From Saccostrea echinata (taxonomy: Eukaryota), in the NCBI RefSeq assembly GCF_033153115.1, contig NW_026889794.1, forward strand, positions 5,146,001 to 5,210,000: DNA of 64,000 bases, read 5' to 3'. Both the position numbers and the translations under genes were made by a program. Below the pieces are notes generated by a model. The model did not search any database and was not told the origin of the DNA. It was given only the letters and a program-made list of their open reading frames with translations. Numbering within the stretch: position 1 is the first letter of the stretch; each line of letters opens with the position of its first letter. Below, piece after piece: positions 12,478 to 24,560 of the stretch.

Positions 12478-13997
12478 TATGGAATTCCATATACGACAGC
12501 CAACTGCTCACTGCCAACTGCCTTTGATTATAGATAATATGTATATCACTCATATACTGCCTCTGCCAGCTACTTACTGTCAACTGCTCACTGCCAACTG
12601 CCACTGCTTATAGGTAACATTGCCTATTTGGTTATCTTTGATATCGTTCAATACGCATGCTTGAATAAACCCTATAATAGCAAGAATATTACAATTATAA
12701 CAAAAATTGGCGGATTCAGGAATTTTTAAAAGGTGAAGGCGAGGAAGGAGTAAATTGGAAGAATGAGGATTTTCTCTTAAAAACAAATAATTCCCATATT
12801 TCCTTGCAGGCAAATAATTGGTCTTCTACAGACTTCTTTGACAGTTTCGAATTATGTTGGTCCTATCGGAAATTCAAAAAAAAAAAAACGTCAATTTCCG
12901 GTTATAAGAGAAAAACTAAGTTATTAGAGTTTTTAACTTTCCCATAAATATCGCTTATAAAGTTTGGAAATGAATTTTTAATATGATATTAAGACTGCAA
13001 ATGTCTAGAGCAGCGTCAAATATCTTTGTAAAATTCATTTATAAGATTTTGCTCACACTTTTGCTCGGCAACAGTAAACGACTGAAGTCTAAAACTTTCA
13101 AGACTGATAGTCAGTCATCAGTTTATCTGCATCATGTGAAAATCGTTCGTTGCCGTCAATCCCGGTCGTGATGGGATGCGAAAAAAGAGAATTTTTCAAT
13201 TTTTTTCTCTTTTTACAGAAATTTTGGTTAATACAGATTTTAGATAGACCATGTCCATTTTATTTGTTTTTATCTGTATTTACATATCTTTGGAAGCTTT
13301 GAGATAACTTTTGTTAATCATTTAGAGTTATCTAATTGATAAGATTGCTTTTTTTCCCCAAAGGAATCAGGAAAACGGAAGACCTGCTATTCCCTAGGCA
13401 ATAAGTATCTGGTTCAATAACTATTTTGACGGGGAACAGATTTAAGGCTTATATAATGTCAGAAAAATGGGGGGTCTATGTATGTAGGAAGGACCATCCC
13501 TAAATTGAGGGTGGGTTGTCACATACGACACTTTACTACTTGTCAAGGGATTTCTGTTGGGTTGCCCCCCCCCCCCCTTCGCCAACTGAAATTGCTTCCT
13601 TGCCTAGGAACAATTATTTTTACATAGAGTAAAATACCTTGTAACGTTTTACAGAATATTGGAAAAGGTTTTAGAAATCATTTTACTAGTGCAAAAGAAT
13701 TTGTGATATTTCCCTAGTGTTTCTGGTATATTTCTTACCGGCTAAAGCTAGGTTACCCCCTTACTTTGCTTGTCAGGAAATATTGGAGTTAGTCTTTCGT
13801 TTTCAATGTTCTTTCACCTTCCCAGTATAAATATTCCTGGATCCGCCTCTTTTATCACTGTAGCAATATTGTTGCATTCAAGCATGCGTGTTAAGAATAA
13901 GACAATTAATAGGTAATACCATCTATAAGCTGTGACAGTAGACAGTTGGCAGAGGCAGTTGGCAGAAAGCAGTTGGCTGTCGTACGGATATTCCATA
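12478..13997. mobile_element. Non-autonomous TIR element with ACTGCCA subterminal arrays (IS3EU-like ends)
   Basis: TIR tatggaattccatatacgacagccaactgc...gcagttggctgtcgtacggatattccata; no matching TSD. Confidence 0.65.
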
Positions 13998-15267
13998 GAA
14001 ATTCCCGAGTCAGCTACTTTTTTGATAAAATAATTAAAAACAAAAATTATTCTTTCAATATCAATTGAAGTATTTTTAAGAGAATGACTTGTTTATAAAA
14101 ATTAATGCTCGTAAAATTTTTATAAACGTGAACATTATATTTAAGGTATATCTATTAGGTTTAAGTATACCTGTGACTATGTTGAGTCCCATGCCTTAAC
14201 TTTCACGTACACATACACCGATAGCATTGAACTTGGTGGCACTTAATAGATATGTACAATACTTATACGTCCTACAGACGGGGGCTGCTTTACGATCTGT
14301 TTTATCGCTATGTTGTCACAATGATAATTTTTACATTTTAGACCACTAGAGAATCAAATTGACACAAACTTTTACCATTTGCAATGAGATTAAACTGGGT
14401 GATTCTTTCAGATCATTTGTTGTTGTTGGTTTTTTTCTTCTTTTTTTAGATTTTGTTACAAGCTAAAGAAAGACTCCTACTGAATAAAAAAATCTGCGAC
14501 TTATGTCTTAAATTTCGAGCTTACAAACTAAATTGCTAAAAATTTACTGTTGAGGGAGGTGTCCTCCTTGTTGCAATGCTTAGTGCAGTTCAGTTCAAGA
14601 GAGTTTGTACTAAAGGCAGTTTCCTTTCAAACACATACTACGACAGTATAGCAGCCAATAATGCTCCAGATCTGTACTTTGGCATTCCATAATAATGATG
14701 TTGGAAAAGTTTCTGTAGAATCCGGTGACGTCGTGTCTCCATTTGCTTGACGTACAATCCTTCGGCATTTTGCATTAGAGTTGTTATAGTCATTCTTGGA
14801 TTTTGATATAGTCTTGCTTGCAGTAAAGTAAAATATATCAAATTATAAGAAACAAAAGCTCAAGTAAGATTTTTATAAAACATTCGTTGCATCTTCCTGT
14901 GTGTCAAACGTAAACTTTACACATTTTCAAACTCTCCCTAGCAATATTTTCAATATAACTTGGTAAGTAGTATCCTTGAGTAAAAAGAATTTTTTTCAAC
15001 TTTTGAAAATGTAGGTTTATTCCTTTTCACAATTTTCCAAAAAAAAAAATGAGATCTTCTACTTTCATTACCTTCAAAGGGGTAGAAAAAAATATGAAAT
15101 CATCAGAAATGTTAACCCCCCAAAAGCTTCAATTTTTTGGTAATATGCAAGATATTGGTTCATAGTTAAATCATGCCTTATAAGCTAAGATGGTGTTCAA
15201 TTGGGGTTCAAATTTTTACAAAGAAAAATATATTTTTGATGAACGAGATTAGAATTTATCAATATAT

Positions 15268-16777
15268 TGTGGAATTCCATATACGACAGCCAACTGCTCA
15301 CTGCTTACTGCCAACTGCTGACTACTTACTGCCAACTGCCACACGTATTTGAATAAATTTTCATAGTTATGTAGATATTTACGTGAATTTTCATAATACA
15401 TAACTTATTTGGGAAAACAAAGAGATATAAGTCTTTAATTTGGAAAATCATGTTTTTCACTATAGAAATCAACAGAAAACGGAAATTTATTTTCAACCCC
15501 CCCCCCCCCCTCCCCGCGAGACAACAATTCTTTTTTATGGGTATTATGAATTATTATTTCACAAATTCATACCAAAGGTTTTTTTTTTTTTGTTTCGAGG
15601 GCGGGGGAGGGGGCATGTGTTTGAATACTAAAAACAGGAAAATAGTCATTTTATTACCAATTTCAAATGAGATAAGAAATAAAAAATGTAATTTAGCAAT
15701 CTGATATGTTGAATTTTACATAAGTTAAACATACGGAGAGATTTAAGGGTCATTTATCCACTTCCATGAGTATTTGAAAATCTGGTGATGTTTTCAGCTT
15801 GATATCATTAATGGATGAAATTTGAAAGGAGTTGCAAATAAGCAAGAGCAATTAACTTTTTGACACTGGTTTTTAAAATTATCTATCCATTACTAATGAA
15901 CTTTTCTTTGCATTCAAACATTGGGGGGGGGGTCTTAAGGGGGGACAAAAGAACAAACTTAGTAGGGTCTTGAGTAACATTTGTTGGTTTATGTATTCAT
16001 ACTATAGAAATATTATTGAAAATTATAATAGCATACTTCTGCCTAGCTAGTGTAAAACATCTAGCAATATCTTTCAGTGTTTCTTTTTACCCTATGAAAA
16101 GTACCTGTATTTGGGAGTTTAAATTCAATTCAATTCAATTCACTTTATTGACAATTACCATGTCGGCATACAGTCATGACATAAAACAGATTAACAAGAA
16201 TAATACATATATATACAAAGTGACAAATGTGAGGTAAACAAAATAATGTGGAGTATATTCACATATTTCTATATGTCTTATTTAAATCGTTTTAATGGCT
16301 GAAATGCCTTGTATTATGATTTTTTCATTAGTATTTCTAATATAAATGCAAATATCAACAAATATTACCCAAGATCCTACTAAAAGTTTGCCCCCCCCCC
16401 CCAAATTTTTTTCTGAGGTATACAAGCCTTTAATATCTCCCCCGTCAAAAAAGCTAATGAATTGGACATGTGGGAATTAAATGTTTTGTATTTAAGAGGA
16501 AATGCTCTTTCCTTCTATTTATTCCTTCCTCGCCTTCACTGTTTAAAAATTCCTGAGTCCGCCAATTTTTGTAATTATTGTAATCTATCATAGGGTTTAT
16601 TCAATTAAGCATGCGTATTTAAGATATTAAAGATTACAAAACAGGCAATATCATCAAAGAGCAGTGGCAGTTAGCAGTAAGCAGTGAGCAGTGAGCAGTT
16701 GGCAGTAAGCAGTTGGCAGTAAGCAGTACGTGAGCAGTTGACAGTAAGCAGTTGGCTGTCGTATATGGAATTCCATA
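15268..16777. mobile_element. Second, inverted copy of the same TIR family with 6-bp TSD ATATAT (IS3EU-like)
   Basis: TIRs tgtggaattccatatacgacagcc / ggctgtcgtatatggaattccata; ATATAT at 15262-15267 and 16778-16783; 16500-16630 is the reverse complement of about 12640-12790. Confidence 0.7.
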
Positions 16778-16814
16778 ATATATTGCTTTATTTTTTTTTG
16801 GTTTGTTTGTTTTA

Positions 16815-17160
16815 TCAGAAAGTGAATATAAAGTGTAAGAAATATATTGACCACAGAACACAAAGTCACTTGCACACAGAAAAATTAATATTCTAGNNNN
16901 NNNNNNNNNNNNNNNNNNNNNNNNNNNNNNNNNNNNNNNNNNNNNNNNNNNNNNNNNNNNNNNNNNNNNNNNNNNNNNNNNNNNNNNNNNNNNNNNNNNN
17001 NNNNNNNNNNNNNNNNNNNNNNNNNNNNNNNNNNNNNNNNNNNNNNNNNNNNNNNNNNNNNNNNNNNNNNNNNNNNNNNNNNNNNNNNNNNNNNTTGCAA
17101 GTTGACTTCGTGAGTTTTGTGGTCAATATATTTCTTACACTTTATATTCATTTTCTGATT
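16815..17160. repeat. Inverted repeat (foldback MITE) spanning an assembly gap
   Basis: tgaatataaagtgtaagaaatatattgaccaca (16823) and its reverse complement (17118-17150) flank the N run. Confidence 0.6.
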
Positions 17161-18012
17161 TATTAAAGTGTTTTTCACTTTTTTTTTCAAAATAAAACAT
17201 GCAAGTATATAAATTGCTTGAAATTAAATGTAATAAAATGGAACCATTACATAAGTTATTAAAGGACTTATCGCATGCATGTAGAGTTTAAAAATTTGGA
17301 GTAGCAAAAGTTATAAACATTCTTGTAATTTCTTTATTAGAAATTTTACTCTTCAGTATCCCCATATTAGTGAAACAATGAGTTGAAGATAAAAAAATCT
17401 TTGTATTCGACAATATTACATTACAGAAATACTTTCATGCAAGAAAGAAGTATTAATATCCCCAGGATTCAAAGCACCTGATTAGATGTAAACTATACTA
17501 TTCACTGGGTGATAGTAATCTTTCGCAAATAATTGAGCTTCATTTATGTAAAACCTAGCCCCAAGACCATAAACTGAGTAAAAATTGTTTATTAGATTTT
17601 AAGATGAATAAATTGCTCATTTCTTATAAACTTTTCCTTTCACTAAAGTACATAAACTATTCACTTTATAGATCTATAAATCTCAACTCAAACAACAAAG
17701 ATATACGATTCCAAAAAATTCCTTAAACTACACACTTTACAAACTCTCTACATCTCTTATATCTTGTGCCATTTAAAAACATCAATACAAATTACATGTA
17801 TAAATAAAAGTTTATTTTTAATTTTGGTAACTTGTTCATCATTAAAGTTTACACTTCATAATTCAAAACACATGCCAAAAAGACATACATGTAAATATGA
17901 TATTCACATTCACGTTTTTTACTCAGTGCATCATGTTCACAGTGAATAAGAAAAACTGTCTTCTCTTAAGAAATGGATGCAATCTGCACTTATCAGACTG
18001 AGATAGATGAAA

Positions 18013-21000
18013 TCACCTGTTAGCTTCTCTTAACAATATTTGTTTGTCTACATTTGGGTTGCGAACCTTGGGTTTTTTAGGTGGTCTTAATCTAAATGCA
18101 TCAATATCAATGGCAGGGGTGGTGAGAAACTTTCTAATGACGGGGTTCAACTCTTCATCTGGGGTCACTGGGGGGTTATTCCAGACCTGGATCTTGTCAG
18201 CAGGGCTTTCCTCTACAAATACCAGGGGGCGCTCCACCAAAGTACCACGTACCTTCAGGGACACTGCTTCATTCATCTGTTTGAAAAAAAAAAAATGGTG
18301 CCTGAAGCTTTCTACCTTGACAGTTACTGAATTACAAAAGATGAAAAGCTGAAGTTTTGCAGTTTATAAGCTTTATGAAAACAAATCAGTGCATATTTAT
18401 GCACAACAAAATATATGTACAAGTGTTTATGAAATTTGATAATCATTCATCAATTAATAAATTGGTGGAATATAACTTACCGTTATTGTGAAGATAAACA
18501 CCCCTGGTGTTTTCATTTCTGGGTCCTCAGGTAAAGTTATGGAATCTTCAGTAGCTGCAATACCCTGTCAAGATACACGTTTTATATATAAATTACTACA
18601 TAGCACCATTGGCAGATCTAAATGTTACAGGTGTCAAACTGCACAATAGACTAACTTCAATGAAAATTTATAATTTGTGGTTTTAAAAAAAGACAAATAT
18701 TACACAACATCATACTTGAATACAGAAATAACACAGCTATATTCTCCAGTATCTGAAAATCACTTGACCATTCTCTAAGGTAACAATGTTTTTGTATTGT
18801 ATCTCTCATTCTTGTTGTTTAACATGCAGTTACAATACATGTAGTTGAAAAAGGTTTGGTTAAATATATGCATATTAACTTGGGGAGTTTTCTGAGGTCT
18901 TTCAAGACTTCAGAATGAAGTCTGTTCAAGAAAATTGAAAAAATGAGATTTTTTCCTAATTACTCACAAATAACACTTTTAAACATAGGGATTTTTTTTA
19001 TCTTCAAGTAATATCACAACAAAATGTACATGTACAATATAAACTTTATATACTTTAGTCATTTGGACAATCTTACCACTTTTCTAAGAGCTATTCTAAT
19101 GTGTCCCTTGGTTAGGGTCCAGCCTGTCTTGCTTGGCATCAACTCCACAGGAAGATTTAGTCCTCGTATTTTCTGAAGAGTCTGAAAACAAAAAATAATA
19201 AGCTAATCAGTTCACATCTACAAACAAGTATATTATCAGATACACAGGCATGTTCAACCAGTCATTCATCTATAAAAGGTGCAACTTCCAACAATATCTT
19301 TTGTAATTGTTAGATTTACTTTCCTTTCTATACTTACTATGCGACTGAATTTTCCAAGCTGTTTGAGAATGGCTGCATTATCTCCCAATGCCTGAATGAA
19401 AATTTAAATAAAATAAAACATACATGTTAATGTAGATAGCATATAAAAATGGTTAATGTTGCCCCATGTTATTCTTCACCTATCACACTTGCAAACGATT
19501 TTTGTCCCATTTTTAAATGCAGCCTAACACAATAATGTTCAAAGAGAGATAACTCTGTCTCCAGCGCATTCACCCTGTTTTGAATTCGTCCAGTGATGAC
19601 AGTGACAGGGGAGATAGTAAATGGGGGCTAAATTTCCCTGTATATAATATAGTGTAATTCTGCATAGAATTATTTTAACTATCATAAGGTATTATTTAGC
19701 TGCGAATCAATGCTATTACATGTAATTCTTAAAGACTCGTACTCTCTTTTGGTATATTTATTATGGCAGTTTTAAGCATGAAGAGATTCATTAAAATCTT
19801 TAAATTATTGGAAGGCTAATACACATACCTGCATTTCATGACTTAGTTCTACTATATTTTCAGGTGTAGGGTATGTGGCTAACTGAGCTTGATATAGGAA
19901 ATTTCTCCACAGTCGTTTAGGTACAGTCACAATATCACCCATGATTCCAAGCCCTTAACAAATTAAATGAAATACTTAGCTACATATACAAATTTCTGTA
20001 CTAAAACAGATTGGCTATATAAATGTTGGAAAGAACAGTGAGTGGACCTCTTCTCCTTCTTCCCAACCCCCTCCCCTCCCCCTTCCAGTTCCTTTAATTC
20101 TCACCCCTTTTCCTCCCAACCCCCTCCCCTCCCCCTTCCAGATTCCTTAATCCTCCCAACCCCCTCCCCTCTCCCTTCCAGTTCCCTTAATTCTCCTCCC
20201 TTTTTTAATGGTTATCCTTTTCCTTCTCTCTCTCCTCCCCTTCCCTTATTTTGACTATCTTCTTACCATTTTCCCTTTCTGCCCAAAATTAACATTCAGT
20301 ATATTTACTAGTTACTCTTACTGCAAGTCTGTGTTATGAGAATTTTAAAAAGAATTCCTCAGTGAAAGCAACATTCTTACCATCCACATGGTCTGTTAAC
20401 AGGACATCTATTTCAGCTGGTGAAGGATTGGGGTTCTCTATGTTTCTATAAATGTAGTGTCTTCCCCTTATCTTTGGTTTTCTGTCATCTTTGTGTAGAA
20501 TCACAGTTCGCACTCTTTCTACCATATGAAGACTCTGTAACATCAAAACATTCCATGTAAAAATATCATTCATATCATCAGTATACTGTGTATTTTATCA
20601 GCTTTGGTGTCCATGTCATTCATATTTTACAGCTTGATAGGTGAGACACATAAATTGCAATTATATCACAAAGCATACTGTCCAGTATGTAAAATCTTGA
20701 TAAAAATTCATAGGTAGTGTATAACACACTTTCCTATATAATTCAAAATATGTTCCATGTTTTTTTATCATCATAAATATTTTTATACTTTGTCACCATT
20801 AAGCAAGCAAACAAATCAACTAGCACATTTTTTTTAATTATTGACTAACCTACTGTCTTAATTCAACATTTTTCATGTATATGTACATTTTGCATAATTT
20901 GCATTTACAGTTGAACTTCGGTATCTCGAACACTGATATCTCGAATACCATGGATTTGGAAGTCCCAAACACTTATTCTTCAACTATTTTACCCCTGATT

Positions 21001-21181
21001 TCTTGAATACTCGGATATCTCGAAGTTTTTTCTCGGTCCTATTGATTTCGAGATAACGAGGTTTGACTGCAAATACATGAAAACTCACCCGTATCTGATT
21101 CAGGAGAAATTTCTGCTGCGCTATCTGTGGAAGATTCATCAGCTGTTTACACACCGTGCGACTCTGGCTGCATCCAATCAT
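18013..21181 (-). CDS. MRPL9: Mitochondrial ribosomal protein L9 (bL9m), 7 coding exons, about 292 aa
   Basis: Exons 21089-21181, 20381-20534, 19829-19953, 19338-19391, 19077-19181, 18481-18564, 18013-18276 with consistent phases. VERV...RKPKIRGRHYIYR...IDVLLTDHVDGLGIMGDIVTVPKRLWRNFLYQAQLATYPTPEN matches the L9 N-terminal domain. Confidence 0.88.
20046..20250. repeat. C/T-rich imperfect tandem repeat in an MRPL9 intron
   Basis: Three copies of tcccaaccccctcccctcccccttccag. Confidence 0.7.
20908..21069. mobile_element. Tc1/mariner-type MITE
   Basis: ta|cagttgaacttcggtatctcgaa ... ttcgagataacgaggtttgactg|ca TIRs with a TA-like TSD. Confidence 0.6.
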
Positions 21182-21252
21182 GATTTATTATCACTTTTTA
21201 CTGGAGTAAAAGCAAAGGAAAATGCTGTTTGAACAATTTTTATATAAATTTT

Positions 21253-21350
21253 AATTATAGATATTGAATGTTGCTGTAATTATAGATATTGAATGTTGCT
21301 GTAATTATAGATATTGAATGTTGTAATTATAGATATTGAATGTTGCTGTA
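21253..21350. repeat. About 25-bp minisatellite, 4 copies
   Basis: aattatagatattgaatgttgctgt repeated. Confidence 0.85.
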
Positions 21351-24086
21351 AACTTACTTGCTTCTAAGTATTTGAAAAACTTATTGTGATTTCCTGAATA
21401 TAAAATAATTTTTCATTTAAAAAAAAAAGTGCCTCACTAAGTAGGTGGGAATATAATTGTGATGATTTGACAGCTAAGAAAAATATTACGACACAAATTT
21501 AAAATACATGTAGTAGGAAAATTACACTGGATGTTAATACCTAGATTGGGACCACAGGGCTTTAGATCGCTCTAATTGAATTGACAAACTGGGAGTATAA
21601 AAATGTAAAGGTGTGAACACTGTGGGACTTCTCAGATAAGGTGCCCAATTTTACAAATGAAATACTAATAAATCAAATTATGAAAATTAAATTATATTTT
21701 CAATTCATATCTATTCATATAGACAATCTACATTACTACCAAAGTTTATTTCAAAATTCTGTATACTTCTATTATATCTCTGTCTATCTGTTCGCACGAG
21801 TCCATTCGCCTAGAGTCCATTCACCAGAATGCTCATTCGCCCTGAACCCTGTTCGCCATATATCATATTTGCTCCATTGTAAATATTATATGTCAACATT
21901 TCCGTTGAATTTTCAGTCATTTCTTATTATTTTTTGTTTTTGGCTAATTAATAGATCTAGTAAACAATACATATTCTCTTGAAAATCAATTAATATCAAA
22001 TTTTTTTTTGTAAATTAATAGGTCTAGTAAACAATTTATATTTTCTTGACTTTATTTCCGATTTCAAAGACGTAATTGGTTTAAGTGTTGTTAATTTTAA
22101 GACAGTAAATATTAGAGAACACCTTCTTTGTTTTGTTTTTTTTTAAAGATTTGTGTTATGTTTTGAAAATGATTAAGGAAATTGAGATGTTTATAAGCTA
22201 TCTTAATTGGGGATGAGCAGCGGATTTATTTTTTTTATTCCCAACTTAATATAACATTATATATAACGTTACTTATGAATTAACAAGAATTACATAGACT
22301 TCTACAATTTAAATTCATCTGTTTTATTTTTCTTCATCTATACTGTATGTTCGCCAACTTTGGATGTACATTGAAACCAGTATAATCCGACGTGCACTGG
22401 GAGTCAAATTTTGTGTTGGAATAGACAGGGTGTCGGATTGCACAGTGTAAAAAAAACATGGAAAATAGTAAAATGGGATTGAAATTTAACGTCAGAATTC
22501 ACAGTGTGACGGATTGCACAGGTGTCGGATTAGACAGTTAAATAATAAAATATAATTTACACAGAAAAATTCATGAAATGCAGTAAAATCGAAGTAAATT
22601 ACGAAAATTAACCGACTAACATATTTAGGGCGAACGGACTTTGGGCGAACATGTTTTAGAGCGAACGGGAATGAGGATGAACGGCGTGAAGGGCGAACGC
22701 GTTTTAGGGCGAACAAATATACATTCATCTCATTTGAGCAATAATGGTCCCAACCTGTTAAACAGTGTCTACTTATCAGGAATGTATCCTGGCCAAACAA
22801 CCCTGAAACTCTCGAGCTTTATCAGTGTCTTTTAAACTAATAAAACTAATAGTGAGCGCAGCGAGTGGCTCGACACTGCGAGCTCTAACGACAACACCTG
22901 GGCGAAGAGAAAATTCGGACTACTGCACATTCATTCAATAGAATTTTTTCTGCAGTAATTCTGACCCACAATGCATCGTTTCTTGTTCTCGCTGCTAACT
23001 TCATTCACGCGGTGACAACAACTAAAAATTCACACAAAATAAACTCACCTTAATTTAATGGATATTGCATGCAGATAGTAGATTAAACGTTCTTTGTTAA
23101 AATATTTGCACTTTTTAAACTTTGTTTATGGAAATGCAGCTAACATACGACATCATGTGATGTCACAGTCTAGACGTTCCAAATGTCTCGTGCGGTTTGA
23201 AGAGGCGGATCATAATAATGAATATTCTCTATTGAGAAGTTGATGGCTCATTTTAATACTCCCCCTCAACTTCTCTACGAAAGGCCTAATAAAAGCAGTT
23301 CAGAAATTGACTAAATGAAGAACCAAAACCCGGGTCCCACTTCGATCGGTGTTTTAGGATTGATGCATTATCATAGACATATTTTGGATGCACAGATGTT
23401 GTTTTGCGATGGAAATGCGATTAAAAATACCGATTCTGCTGACTTGAAAAACATTCATCACGGTAGAACACTTACTCGCGATATCTGTGTCACCGGATTG
23501 GTTTATTCATTCAAAACTGTGTTTGAACCCGGTTGACCTCTAAGAAAGTCCAATACTTTTTATCCGGATAAATTGGATTAAATGTTTCAGTGTTAAATAG
23601 TTATCCGGAGAAATAGTTTTAGACTTTTTTAGAGATCGAACCCAGTTTTTAATGAATAAACGAATCCGGTGACACAGGTATCGCAAGTAAGTGTTCTACC
23701 GTGATGAATGTTTTTTAAGTCAGCAGAATCGGTATTTTTAATCGCATTTCCATTGCAAAACAACATCTGTGCATCCAAAATATGTCTACGAAGTGGGACC
23801 CGGTTTTGGTTCTTCATTTAGTCAATTTCTGAACTGCTTTTATTAGGCCTTTCGTAGAGAAGTTGAGGGGGAGTATTAACAGGTCCAGCACAATCTCTTG
23901 ATTAAGCTATATAGCTTTATCTAGCTATATAGCTTGATAAAGCTATTGAGAATAGCTTTATTAAGCTATTTGGAATGTGAAATATTAAAATAAAATTATT
24001 AAAAATAAACACGAGAGAGTCGCATTATGAGTACTTATCAACAAGTTCATCCGTGCATAACAATTACTCACACACTAAAATTAAGG

Positions 24087-24094
24087 TATAAAAG
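24087..24094 (+). promoter_or_regulatory. TATA box in the left TIR, facing the transposase
   Basis: TATAAAAG about 30 bp before the inner TIR edge; candidate UTR intron 24291-24553 ahead of the ATG at 24561. Confidence 0.5.
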
Positions 24095-24560
24095 CGATGC
24101 GTGTGGGGCGCTCACCTTATTGAAAAGTTTGTTGTTGACAATGAAACGTTGGGAAATCGATGATTTAAGTGTTTATGTGAAAAAAATCATGAAAACTAAC
24201 CCACTGGAGCTTCGTTAGTTAAATTCTCTCCTGGCGCTCTACACCGGATATGCTGTCTTCAACGTAGTTGCAGAAGAAACACGAATAACGGTAATTTACC
24301 CGTCATCTTCTTGTAAAGTATGGAAACGCATTTTTATTAATAATACATAAATGAATTGTTGATATGAAAGTTATAACGGTGATCAATAAGGGAAGATTTT
24401 GATTACAATTTAAGAAAGGGAATAAATTAATCGTATAATATATTATTTTAGTGCATATTTAAGACAGAAAATGCATAATTTATATTATATGATTATTTTA
24501 TTTGAGGGGGGTGGGGGGTGGGGTGTTAGTAGACAACATTTAATTATTTTCAGGATAACA

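Noticed and set aside
16634-16875. Cys/Leu/Thr-rich ORFs
   Set aside because: Translations of the ACTGC(C/T)A subterminal repeat array.
23315-23817. Paired near-identical ORFs (73 and 62 aa), also 36505(-) and 38219(+)
   Set aside because: Chance ORFs mirrored by the arms of foldback elements; no recognisable domain.
24471-24560. ORF-track N-terminus MHNLYY...GGGGWG of the 581-aa ORF
   Set aside because: Probably intronic; the acceptor ttttcag at 24553 precedes a better ATG at 24561.
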